64,000 bases of DNA, taken from positions 1,977 through 65,976 of the forward strand of contig JAADGQ010000112.1 of NCBI GenBank assembly GCA_013152295.1, read 5' to 3'. The position numbers were made by a program, and so were the translations under genes. The notes beneath the pieces are model-generated. The model was not told the origin of the DNA. It ran no database searches and saw only the letters and a list, made by a program, of their open reading frames with translations. Below are positions 15,930 to 25,800 of this stretch, piece by piece (the stretch's first letter is position 1; every line of letters begins with the position of its first letter). The DNA is from Gammaproteobacteria bacterium. GTDB taxonomy: Bacteria; Pseudomonadota; Gammaproteobacteria; JAADGQ01.

Positions 15930-15979
15930 CCCGGAGAGTGTTGGTCGAGCCTAGGCCAACACTCTCCGGGTATTTTTCT
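15930..15979 (+). terminator. intrinsic terminator
   Basis: cccggagagtgttgg (15930-15944) and ccaacactctccggg (15956-15970) form a perfect 15-bp stem, followed by tatttttct. Confidence 0.75.
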
Positions 15980-16266
15980 CCGGTTTCTGCGTCTGACCCC
16001 TTGACGCATTCTTCCTTCTCTCTTTTTGTTCCCCCGTTTTTTTGCTGATATCCAGCGTGAGAGCTTTGCTGCTGTGGCATAGCCGCGGAGCAAATTTCAT
16101 GGGCGTTGCCAAGATAGCTTGAGATATAGCGGGATCACGGGAATAATGTGGCGCTGGCTCAGCAGTGCCCGACGTAAGCCTGTGGTGGACAAGTTGGGGG
16201 GAGGGGCGGTGTTGCTGGCTGCCTTATTTGATAATAATAATCGGCTATGCAATTCGTTGTTTCATT

Positions 16267-17352
16267 ATGTTAGATGTAATAAGTCGTTGGTTTAAAATAT
16301 ATTTCTCGGATCCCGAGGGAATTATCCTGGCGGTATTGCTGCTTCTGGGCTTCGGTATCGTCATCTATATGGGAGATATGCTGGCGCCACTGCTTGCCAG
16401 CATCGTTATCGCCTATTTTTTGGAGGGGATGGTCGCTGCGCTGACGGGGCACTCTGTGCCACGCAGTGTCTCTGTTCTGGCAATCTATCTGCCATTTTTG
16501 GCATTTCTGCTGTTTCTGGTATTCGGTATGTTGCCGCTAATGCTGGGGCAGTTGACGCAGCTTGCGCAGGAGCTGCCGAACATGATTGGCAAGGGACAAC
16601 AGGCCTTGATGAAGTTGCCTGAGTACTATCCGCACTTCATTTCGGAGGCGCAGCTGAGCGAGGTCATGACGGCGATGCGGGCCTCTGTTGCGACATTGGC
16701 ACAGCAGTTGTTATCGTTATCGCTTGCTTCCATTTCTGGTGTTTTCACTATATTGATCTACCTGATTTTGATCCCTGTTCTAGTGTTTTTCTTTCTCAAA
16801 GACAAATCCCAGATCATTAAGTGGGTCGCCTCAGGCTTGCCGCAAGAGAGGCAGGTGGCGGTAAGGGTTTGGGAAGAGATGGATCAGCAGATCGGCAACT
16901 ATGTGCGTGGTAAATTTGCCGAGATTTTTGTTGTCGGGATTGTCTCTTATGTGGCGTTTGCTTACTTTGGGCTAAACTACGCTACGCTATTGGCGGTGCT
17001 GGTTGGGCTCTCTGTCGTTGTGCCCTATATCGGTGCCGTTGCCGTGACTTTCCCGGTGGTGTTGATCGCTTTTTTTCAATGGGGGTGGGGGCCGGACTTC
17101 ATCTACTTGGTGAGCGCCTATCTGGTGATTCAGGCACTCGATGGCAATGTGTTGGTGCCGCTGCTCTTTTCTGAAGCGGTTAACTTGCATCCGGTAGCTA
17201 TTATTGCTGCGGTACTGGTTTTCGGCGGAATTTGGGGTTTTTGGGGGGTGTTCTTTGCAATACCTCTGGCGACCTTGGTCAAGGCGGTGCTGAGTGCGTG
17301 GCCTCGTACTCGCGACGACTCCGCATTATCGGAGAGCCCGCCAGCTAGTTAG
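16267..17352 (+). CDS. AI-2E family transporter (PerM/YdiK/TqsA-like permease)
   Basis: Polytopic membrane protein with the AI-2E conserved core (GKFAEIFVVGIVSYVAFAYFGLNYATLLAVLVGLSVVVPYIGAVAVTFPVVLIAFFQWGWG). The track ORF starts at 16165; I prefer the internal ATG at 16267 (MLDVISRWF...), though 16165 is possible. Confidence 0.75.
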   Translation: MLDVISRWFKIYFSDPEGIILAVLLLLGFGIVIYMGDMLAPLLASIVIAYFLEGMVAALTGHSVPRSVSVLAIYLPFLAFLLFLVFGMLPLMLGQLTQLAQELPNMIGKGQQALMKLPEYYPHFISEAQLSEVMTAMRASVATLAQQLLSLSLASISGVFTILIYLILIPVLVFFFLKDKSQIIKWVASGLPQERQVAVRVWEEMDQQIGNYVRGKFAEIFVVGIVSYVAFAYFGLNYATLLAVLVGLSVVVPYIGAVAVTFPVVLIAFFQWGWGPDFIYLVSAYLVIQALDGNVLVPLLFSEAVNLHPVAIIAAVLVFGGIWGFWGVFFAIPLATLVKAVLSAWPRTRDDSALSESPPAS

Positions 17353-17374
17353 TTATTCGAGCCAGTGCCTCGTC

Positions 17375-17408
17375 TGTCTCTCCGGCTTTAGTTGTTGCCG
17401 GAGAGACA
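17375..17408. terminator. bidirectional hairpin between convergent AI-2E and ftsH genes
   Basis: tgtctctccggc (17375-17386) pairs with gccggagagaca (17397-17408), a 12-bp stem with a 10-nt loop. ctttggttttt lies downstream on the plus strand. Confidence 0.55.
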
Positions 17409-17423
17409 AGCGCGCTTTGGTTT

Positions 17424-19319
17424 TTAGATCTCTTCAGTGATGTTACGCATTGCCGGGCTCAATTGTGGTGAGTCGCCGCCCTCGCCGTGGGTGGTCGAGG
17501 GTGGTGTCTCGTCTGATTCCGGTGGCTGAGGCGCGCGTCCCTCCATTATGTCTTTAATCTGATGCTTGTCGAGTGTTTCGTACTCCATCAGCGCGGCCGC
17601 CATGCGGTGCAATGTATCCAGCTCTTTCTCCAGTATTTTTTTCGATACAGCGTAGTTCTTTTGGATTAACGCTTTGATTTCAGAGTCGATGGCTTCAGCA
17701 GTGCTTGCCGCCATTGGTTTTTCGTTATGACCTTGGCCGAGAAAACCACCGCCCTCCTCTTCGGCGAAGGCGAGTGGGCCGACGATGGCCGAGAGTCCCC
17801 ACTTTTTCACCATGTTGGTGGCGAGATCGGTGGCGCGTTGGATGTCGTTGCTGGCCCCTGTGGTGACAGAGTCGACACCGTAGATTAGCTCTTCGGCAAT
17901 GCGACCCCCAAACAGGCTGGAGAGCTGGCTCTCGAGGCGGCGCTTGCTGTAGCTGACCCGATCCTCTTCAGGTAGATACATGGTGACACCCAGAGCCCGT
18001 CCGCGCGGAATGATGCTGACCTTGTGCACGGGGTCATGCTCTGGAACCGTGAGCCCGACGATGGTGTGTCCGGCTTCGTGGTAAGCCGTGATCTCTTTCT
18101 CTTTTTCGCTGAGCACCATTGAGCGTCGCTCTGCGCCCATCATGATTTTGTCTTTGGCTTTTTCAAAATCTTTCATGGTGACGATTTCGCGGCGTGCCCT
18201 GGCTGCTGTCAGCGCTGCCTCGTTAACCAGATTGGCCAGATCCGCGCCGGAGAAGCCTGGTGTGCCTCTGGCGATGGGTTTGGTATCGATGCCCTCGGCG
18301 CGCGGTATTTTGCGCATGTGTACCTTGAGAATATGTTCCCGGCCACGGATGTCCGGTAGTGGCACCGTCACTTGACGATCGAATCGACCGGGGCGCAACA
18401 GGGCATTGTCAAGCACATCGGGGCGGTTGGTGGCGGCGATGACAATAATGCCCTCGGTGCCTTCGAATCCATCCATCTCGACCAGCAGCTGGTTCAGAGT
18501 CTGTTCCCGTTCATCGTTGCCACCACCAATGCCAGCGCCACGTTTGCGGCCCACGGCGTCGATTTCATCAATAAAAACGATGCAGGGCGCAGCTTTTTTC
18601 GCCTCGGCAAAGAGATCACGCACGCGTGATGCACCGACGCCAACAAACATCTCCACAAAGTCCGAGCCGGAAATTGAGAAGAATGGCACCTCGGCTTCGC
18701 CTGCGATAGCTTTGGCCAGCAGTGTTTTGCCGGTGCCGGGTGAGCCAACCATCAATACGCCGCGAGGGATACGGCCACCAACTTTGTTGAAGCGCTCTGC
18801 ATCGCGAAGAAAATCGACAATCTCACCGACCTCTTCTTTGGCTTCGTCGACGCCCGCGACATCCTTGAATTTCACTTTGACCTGGCCGGCAGTAAATGTC
18901 TTGGTTTTAGCTTTGCTGAACTTCATGGGGCTACCGCCTCCGCCACTCTGCATGCGGCGCATGAAGTAGATCCATACGCCAATCAATAGTAGAAAAGGGG
19001 TCCATGAGAGTAGTGTTCGGCCCAGAGAGCCTTTTTCGCGGGGTGCGGCGGTGATTTTTACGTCGTTGGCAATCAGATCGCCCATCAGTCCGGGGTCGTC
19101 CGGTGAGTCGGTTTTGAAGGGGGTGTCGTCAACCGTTTTTCCGAAGATGACGCCGTGGTCGATATAGACCTCGGTGATCTCCTTGTCTGCCACTTTGTGT
19201 AGGAAATCGGAGTATGAGATGCCGTAGCGGACATCAAATTCTTGATTAGTCATGGAGAACGCCAGAAACATGACGCCCACGCCCACTGCTATGACAGCCG
19301 CAACTATTTTTGTATTCAT
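17424..19319 (-). CDS. ftsH: ATP-dependent zinc metalloprotease FtsH
   Basis: 631 aa. N-terminal TM, periplasmic loop, second TM, AAA+ module ([18 protein letters not shown], Walker [34 protein letters not shown]) and zinc motif HEAGH. Collinear with E. coli FtsH. Confidence 0.9.
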   Translation of the reverse strand: MNTKIVAAVIAVGVGVMFLAFSMTNQEFDVRYGISYSDFLHKVADKEITEVYIDHGVIFGKTVDDTPFKTDSPDDPGLMGDLIANDVKITAAPREKGSLGRTLLSWTPFLLLIGVWIYFMRRMQSGGGGSPMKFSKAKTKTFTAGQVKVKFKDVAGVDEAKEEVGEIVDFLRDAERFNKVGGRIPRGVLMVGSPGTGKTLLAKAIAGEAEVPFFSISGSDFVEMFVGVGASRVRDLFAEAKKAAPCIVFIDEIDAVGRKRGAGIGGGNDEREQTLNQLLVEMDGFEGTEGIIVIAATNRPDVLDNALLRPGRFDRQVTVPLPDIRGREHILKVHMRKIPRAEGIDTKPIARGTPGFSGADLANLVNEAALTAARARREIVTMKDFEKAKDKIMMGAERRSMVLSEKEKEITAYHEAGHTIVGLTVPEHDPVHKVSIIPRGRALGVTMYLPEEDRVSYSKRRLESQLSSLFGGRIAEELIYGVDSVTTGASNDIQRATDLATNMVKKWGLSAIVGPLAFAEEEGGGFLGQGHNEKPMAASTAEAIDSEIKALIQKNYAVSKKILEKELDTLHRMAAALMEYETLDKHQIKDIMEGRAPQPPESDETPPSTTHGEGGDSPQLSPAMRNITEEI

Positions 19320-19716
19320 AACTTCTATCCTCCTGCGTACGTGGCCGTTATAGGTGGCCGGGTCGAGTGCATGAGATAAACCGCTATTAGATTGATCCCA
19401 TTGGGCTTTTCAGGAAGGCCATCAATGCTAGTGGTCGTGGTCTGAAAGTGCTGTGGTGGTTGGTGATCGGTTTCCAGCCATTTCAGCGGTTTCCATTCAG
19501 GCTTGCATTTGAGCTTTCATTTAGATGAAAGCAAACCACATGCCCGTTGCTTGGCGGGGTGGTTGCTTGGTGTTTCTTGAATTGGAGCGCTACGTCACGG
19601 TCGCTTGATGCAGCGATCACTTACATTCTTTTCAGGTTAGCTGTGATAACCATTTGTCGGTTGAATACAGCCCTTCATCGGTTTTTGAATGACATATTTG
19701 AGGAAACTCCGCCACA

Positions 19717-20310
19717 ATGCCTGCCATGGATAGAAAAAATTTTGGTTTTTCTCTGATTGAGCTGCTAATCGCGATGGTCTTGGTTGCCATTTTGGCCGCG
19801 ATAGCCATTCCCGGTTACCAGGCGCTGATCAAAGGCAGCCGCATCACCAGCATGACCAATACCTTGTTATCGGATATTCGCCTGGCCCGCAGCGAAGCGA
19901 TCAAGCGCCAGGAGCGTAGCGCTTTGTGCCGCAGCGATAACCCCACAGCGGTGAGCCCGAGTTGCGGCGGCACGGCCAATGACTGGTCGGATGGCTGGTT
20001 GGTCTATGTAGCGGGGCCTACTAATCTCAGCAACCCCTTGATTTACAATGCCGCTACTGACGTATTGCTTAAAGTTGGTTTGCCAGCCGAGCTTGGCATC
20101 ACCATTAAGACGGATGCCGACGCTGATCTGGCACTGCAATTTAATGGGGATGGCAGTAGCGGTGAAATTGACGTTGCTGTCTATGCCATTTGTGATGACC
20201 GTGATGGTGATGGCGACCTGGACAAGGCGTACGGCAGGCAGGTGAATGTCAGTTTGGTGGGGCGTGGTAGTGCCACAGATAATGTGCTGAGCTGTGATGC
20301 ACCGACTTAA
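19717..20310 (+). CDS. fimT: type IV pilus minor pilin, GspH/FimT family
   Basis: Prepilin leader MPAMDRKNFG then FSLIELLIAMVLVAILAAIAIPGYQ, with Glu at +5. First gene of a fimT-pilVWXY1E-type operon. Confidence 0.75.
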   Translation: MPAMDRKNFGFSLIELLIAMVLVAILAAIAIPGYQALIKGSRITSMTNTLLSDIRLARSEAIKRQERSALCRSDNPTAVSPSCGGTANDWSDGWLVYVAGPTNLSNPLIYNAATDVLLKVGLPAELGITIKTDADADLALQFNGDGSSGEIDVAVYAICDDRDGDGDLDKAYGRQVNVSLVGRGSATDNVLSCDAPT

Positions 20311-20322
20311 GGAGCGCATTGA

Positions 20323-20901
20323 ATGAATCCTGGTTTCAACGCAGGTGGTGTGGGTTACGCGCCATATTCAGCGCGCGGTCCGCTACGTTGTGGTTTTCAT
20401 CGTAGCTGCGGGGTGAGCATGATCGAGGTGCTGGTGGCGCTGGTGTTGCTTTCCATTGGGTTGCTGGGGGTGGCTGCCATGCAGACGACGGGTATTCGCC
20501 AGAGCCACGATTCGCAACTGTTGAGCCAGGCGCTGTTACAAGCGCAGGATATGGCCGATAGAATGCGCGCTAATCTGGTAGCGGTACGCGTGGGTGCGTA
20601 TAGCGCCATCGATGGCAGCGCAGCGGCGATGGATTGTGTCGGCACAAACTGCAGCGCGGATAATATTGCGCAGTATGACGCCTATGTGTGGAATTCCGAT
20701 AATGCCACCCGCTTGCCATCGGGGCAGGGCGTAACCGCTTGCACCGATATCAATGCGGCGACGTCGGTTCTTGATGCTGGTTCCAGCTGCGTGATTACTG
20801 TGCGTTGGGATGGCGAACGTAACGGCGCAACGGGCACCGGTTGCAACGCCACTATCGATACGGACCTGAAGTGTGTTCGCCTGAATTTCGTATTGCCATG
20901 A
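20323..20901 (+). CDS. pilV: type IV pilus minor pilin PilV
   Basis: Class-III signal G|VSMIEVLVALVLLSIGLLGVAAMQ, typical of PilV. The leader as called is long (30 aa), so the true start may be a non-ATG codon downstream. Confidence 0.7.
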   Translation: MNPGFNAGGVGYAPYSARGPLRCGFHRSCGVSMIEVLVALVLLSIGLLGVAAMQTTGIRQSHDSQLLSQALLQAQDMADRMRANLVAVRVGAYSAIDGSAAAMDCVGTNCSADNIAQYDAYVWNSDNATRLPSGQGVTACTDINAATSVLDAGSSCVITVRWDGERNGATGTGCNATIDTDLKCVRLNFVLP

Positions 20902-20921
20902 GTCGATTCGAGGGGGTTTCT

Positions 20922-22022
20922 ATGAGGCAGCAATGTCCTCGTCATTTTCCAATGCGGGCTACAAAGAAATTGATGCCTGTACGGTGGCGTCATCAGCGTG
21001 GGCTCTCCCTGGTCGAAATTCTGGTGGCGGTGACGTTAAGCCTGGTGCTGTTAGGTGGATTGGTGCAGATGTTTGCCGGTAGTAAAGATGCCTATCGGCT
21101 GCAGGGCAATATGAATGTGCTCCAGGATAACGGGCGCTTTGCGACCAACATGATCAAATACAGCATTCGCATGGCGGACCACTGGGGCAATGCCGAGAGC
21201 ATTGTGCCAGCAACGACATCAGCAGCACCGGTAGTGATTGGCAGCGGCAACTGTTCGTCGGCCTGGAGTCTGGATATCAACGAAGCGCTGCACGGCTATG
21301 AGGGCGGTGCAACACCACCCGCAGCTGTTGACTGTATCGCGGCGGGGGATTACGTCACCGGTAGCGACATGGTTGTGCTGCGTTATGCGGGGTCAACGGC
21401 CGTGAGTACCGATGTTGTTGATAATAGCGACACGATCTATGTGCGCGGACGGGTCGGTAGTTCGGGGGTGCTGTTCAAGGGCAGTGAAGTGGCTAGTATT
21501 GACTCCGGTTTGCAGCTTTACGAGGCTGCAAACCCTGATCCTGTTGATGTCAGCAACTATCCCTATCGCGTTGAACTCTACTTTATTCGCCCGTGCAGTG
21601 TGAAATTGGGTACGGTTTGCTCTAGTAGTGACGATAGTGGTCAGCCTATTCCTACGTTGACACGTTACACACTGCTACCCAGTGTTGGTGGTGGCGCTGA
21701 TCAGCTCGTTCAGCAGGCGCTGGTTGAGGGCGTGGAGCAGCTGCAGCTGCAGTACGGCATCGATACCGATGGTGACGGATTTACCAATGTTTATGAGACT
21801 GCAGCAAGTCTCGATGTTAATGGTAGCTATAACTGGGATAGCGTTGTCAGTGTGCGCATGGGGTTGCTGGTGCGTACTATTGAACAGGATGGTGCTTACA
21901 CTTCACCGGCCAGTTACAGCTTGCTGGCGGCGAATGACTACACGGTACCCGCAGCACAGAGAAGTTACCATCGGCAGCTCTTTACACAAATTGTTCAGGT
22001 GCGTAACCGGAGCAGAAACTGA
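20922..22022 (+). CDS. pilW: type IV pilus assembly protein PilW
   Basis: HQRG|LSLVEILVAVTLSLVLLGGLVQMF prepilin-like N-terminus characteristic of PilW. Start placed at the ATG after SD gaggggg; alternative ATGs are at 20952 and 20973, and the track ORF starts at 20841. Confidence 0.7.
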   Translation: MRQQCPRHFPMRATKKLMPVRWRHQRGLSLVEILVAVTLSLVLLGGLVQMFAGSKDAYRLQGNMNVLQDNGRFATNMIKYSIRMADHWGNAESIVPATTSAAPVVIGSGNCSSAWSLDINEALHGYEGGATPPAAVDCIAAGDYVTGSDMVVLRYAGSTAVSTDVVDNSDTIYVRGRVGSSGVLFKGSEVASIDSGLQLYEAANPDPVDVSNYPYRVELYFIRPCSVKLGTVCSSSDDSGQPIPTLTRYTLLPSVGGGADQLVQQALVEGVEQLQLQYGIDTDGDGFTNVYETAASLDVNGSYNWDSVVSVRMGLLVRTIEQDGAYTSPASYSLLAANDYTVPAAQRSYHRQLFTQIVQVRNRSRN

Positions 22023-22066
22023 TGCCCACTCTCGATGGTTATTTTGATTATTCAAATGGTGGCACG

Positions 22067-22741
22067 ATGATGAAAAAAGAGCAGAGCGCTATGCGTTGCA
22101 ATCACACTGTTTCCAGGCACCAGTCGGGCTATGTGCTGGTGACCAGCTTGTTGTTCTTGTTAGTGCTGACAATGGTCGCGGTGGTGAGTACGCAGACAAC
22201 AACGCTTGAGCTGCGCATGAGCGCCAACAATGTGGCAAAGGGGCGCGCCCTTGAGTCATCCGAGGCGCTGCGTCATTTTGCTGGCGAAGTAGTGGATGCC
22301 CATACTTTCCACCAGGGTTGGCCTGTTTCGTTGGGCGGGGGCATCCAGGATAAAGAGTTTGGCGTCACTTTTCCCGCAGGTATCAACTTCGTCAACAAGA
22401 CGGATGGCGTGCCCAATAATATGTATCTGCTGGGTAGCAACGGTGCGGGGGAGAACCCGCTGGACCCCTCAACGCTGGTGAACGATATTACCTACCAGGT
22501 TGATGGCAACGGCGATGGTGACCTGGATGACGGCGTGGATATTTCAGCATCTGTTTCGATCTACCGCTTGCCTGCCACGTCAGCCAAAGGTAGCAATATT
22601 GCGATGGTTTCCGGTTATCTGGGGCTGGGTCGCAGCGCTGCCGGTGGTGGCTCCAATATCTACTACCTGTTGCGCAGCACAGGCACCTCGGCCGGTGGTG
22701 CGCGGGCCGTGACCGCTAGTGAGTACCGTTATGTGCCTTGA
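22067..22741 (+). CDS. pilX: type IV pilus minor pilin PilX
   Basis: N-terminus QSGYVLVTSLLFLLVLTMVAVVSTQTT matches the PilX N-terminal domain pattern (QxGxVLIVxLIxLLVLT). Start chosen at MMKKE (22067); the track ORF starts at 22022. Confidence 0.7.
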   Translation: MMKKEQSAMRCNHTVSRHQSGYVLVTSLLFLLVLTMVAVVSTQTTTLELRMSANNVAKGRALESSEALRHFAGEVVDAHTFHQGWPVSLGGGIQDKEFGVTFPAGINFVNKTDGVPNNMYLLGSNGAGENPLDPSTLVNDITYQVDGNGDGDLDDGVDISASVSIYRLPATSAKGSNIAMVSGYLGLGRSAAGGGSNIYYLLRSTGTSAGGARAVTASEYRYVP

Positions 22742-22830
22742 TGTTGGATAGATGTACTGTGGTAGACCGAACCAGTCCCAATACAGCTGCCCTCGGAGTC
22801 AATCGAGAGGCGTTTAGCCAGGAGAGCGTG

Positions 22831-25800
22831 ATGACGTTTGTTAATGCCCGCTTAGCGGGTTTTTTGAAGGGCATGCTGTTAAGTGTTCTATTTGTCCCTG
22901 TCATCTATACCGTGCCACTGCATGCCGAAGTGTCAGGTGATCGACTGGGCGACTTCACCGTGTATCCGACAGTGACTCCGGAGTCCGTGACGCCGATGGT
23001 GCTGATTGCCGCATCCAACGACCATCAACTCTATTTCAAGGCGTACAGCGACTATCACGATATCGACGAAGATGGTGTTGTTGATAGTAAAGATATCACC
23101 TACAACCATGCTGTCGACTATTACGGCTACTTTGACAGTGGCAAATGTTACAGCTACAGCGGTGATCGCTTTGTGCCCAGCAGTCTGGCTGACAGCAACA
23201 ACTACTGCTCGGGCGCGACGTGGAGCGGCAACTTTCTGAACTGGGCGACAATGGCGCGCATTGATGCGGTGCGCAGAGTGCTGTTTGGTGGACATCGACG
23301 CATCGATACGGCCGGTAGCACGGTTTTGGAACGCACTTATCTGCCCAACGATGCCCACAGTTGGGCCAAATATTACAGTGGCAGTGATCTGGAAAATTTG
23401 ACGCCGTTTAGCGGGCCGGATATCGCTGACGGCATTACACTCTGCAATACTACCGTCAATAATGGCAGTCTGACCTCACAGAATGTTACCGACCCACCAT
23501 TAGTACGTGTTGCACGGGGTAACTATTCGCTATGGGCAGGGAATGAGCGTTGGCAGTGTCGTTGGAGTGGTGAAAAAAATTCATCAAATGGCAATGACCC
23601 GGCCAAGTCTGGCATTAACGCCAGTGCGTCGAGCCCGAGCCTGGATGACGACGGACTGGGCGGCGGGGATTATACGGTGCGCGTTGAGGTCTGTGTCTCC
23701 TCCATGCTGGAGGCGAATTGCAAAGAGTACCCGGATGGTAACTACAAGCCGATTGGTCTTCTTCAGCGTTACGGCGATGATGACAAACTGCTGTTCGGTA
23801 TGTTCGCGGGTTCGTATCAGAAGAATAAATCGGGTGGGGTTCTGGTCAGTGACATCGGCAGTATGAGCGATGAAATAAACGTCGATAGCGATGGCACCTT
23901 CAAAAAGGTGGCAGCGACCGCTCAGAATGGCGGGGTTGCCTCGGCTGCCGCCGGGGGCATTATCAATGCGTGGAGTCTCTACCGAATCATTAACTATCGA
24001 TATGGTGGTAGCGGTGAAAATCCCGGTACTTACGGTGTTGATGGTAATAATGCTGATAACTGCAAGTGGGGGCTGAACAGCTTTCCTAATGGCACCTGCC
24101 AGAACTGGGGCAACCCCTTTTCTGAAATCTATCTGAATGCGCTGCGTTATCTGGCGGGACAAAATCCGACTACACAGTTCAGTACCAGTGGCACGCCGGT
24201 CATTGATGGTTTGACGACGCCGAGTTCGTGGAACTGCCCGTTAAGTGAGGATAATGCCTGTGCGCGCTTGAGCATCGTCAATATTAACGCCAGCGTGCTC
24301 TCTTATGACGGTGACGAACTCGATGGTGCCGGCTACGGTATCGGTACATTGGGTGCTTCTCAAGACTCTGCACAGTTAACGGATATCGTTGGCGAGGGGG
24401 AGGGTATTCATGGCAACAGCTACTTTGTTGGCGCAAACGGTAGCGATAACAATCAGCTCTGCACCGGGAAAACAGTGAGCAGTCTGGGGGCAGTGGAGGG
24501 CATCTGCCCGGAGGCACCACGACTCGATGGTAGCTACCGCATTGCCGGTCTTGCCCACTGGGCACACACCAATGATATTCGCTCGTCAGACACCGCGAAT
24601 GATGCAGAGTTAGAGGGCACGCAGTCGGTGGATACCTACTCCGTTGTTCTTGCGCCCGCCCTGCCAAAGATCAGCATTCCTGTGCCTGGATCTGCTACCG
24701 CGACTATCTCGATTCTGCCTGCCTGTCAGAGTTTTTATAACGGTGGTTTGGTGGGCAACTGTGCGATCGTCAACTTCCAGATTGTAACGCCATATACGCT
24801 ATCCTCTGACGGTAGCAGTGCGGTCGGGAAATTTTATGTCAACTGGGAAGATAGCGAACAGGGTGGTGACTTCGATAACGACATGTGGGGCACAATAGAG
24901 TACACCATCACTGCGAGTACAGTGGCGGTGACCACCGAAGTACACGACGAAGCGGCTGATTTCAATATGGGGTTTGGCTATGTTATTGGTGGCACGACTC
25001 AGGATGGTTATCACGCCCACTCGGGGATAAACGGTTATAGCTACACGGACCCGACAGGTGTCTCCGCCTGTTCGGGCTGCGAAGAGAGTAACCCAGCGAC
25101 TCGTGTGACCTATGCCATCAATGCCGGAGGTAGTGTCGTGACGCTGCTTGAAGACCCCCTTTTCTATGCGGCGAAATGGGGTAACTTCAACGATAAAAAC
25201 GGCAACGACAAGCCTGATCTGCAGTCGGAGTGGGATGAGCAAGATGCGGATGGTAAAGATAATCCAGACGGCCTTCCTGACAACTATTTTTTGGTGACTA
25301 ATCCACGCAAACTTGAAGATTCACTGCAGCGGGTTTTTGAAGCAGTTTTAGAGAAGACCGCTTCAGGTACGGCAGCCTCGGTTGCCACAGCCAGCCGTGA
25401 GGGAACCGGCGCTGTCTATCAGGCGCTTTACGAAACGACAGTTATCGATTCCGATGCCAGAGAGGCGCGCTGGATTGGCAACGTTCACGCGCTGTGGATC
25501 GACCAGAATGGATTCATGCGCGAAGACGGTGGCGTAAAAGGCAAGCTGGAGGGGTATGACGTCGATCCCGTGATTGAGATCTTTTATGACGCGAACGACA
25601 AGGTCACGCGTGTACGGCGCAAAAGCAGCTCCAGTTCAGGGACGTTCGAGGACTCGGGCTCCTCTGTTGTGCCGCTAAGCGAGCTGAATCCGATCTGGAA
25701 TGCACGCGATCAGCTCTCCGCACTCTCGGCGGCGACGATTGATTCACAGCGCGTCTACGCTTCGCTCGCCAGCGGTGGTCGGCATATTGTGACCTCCTTC

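Noticed and set aside
17424-19319. ftsH as a divergent paralogue because it is not in the usual ftsJ-ftsH-folP context.
   Set aside because: The protein is collinear with canonical FtsH along its whole length (all AAA+ and HEAGH motifs, two-TM N-terminus); context alone is not evidence of a paralogue.
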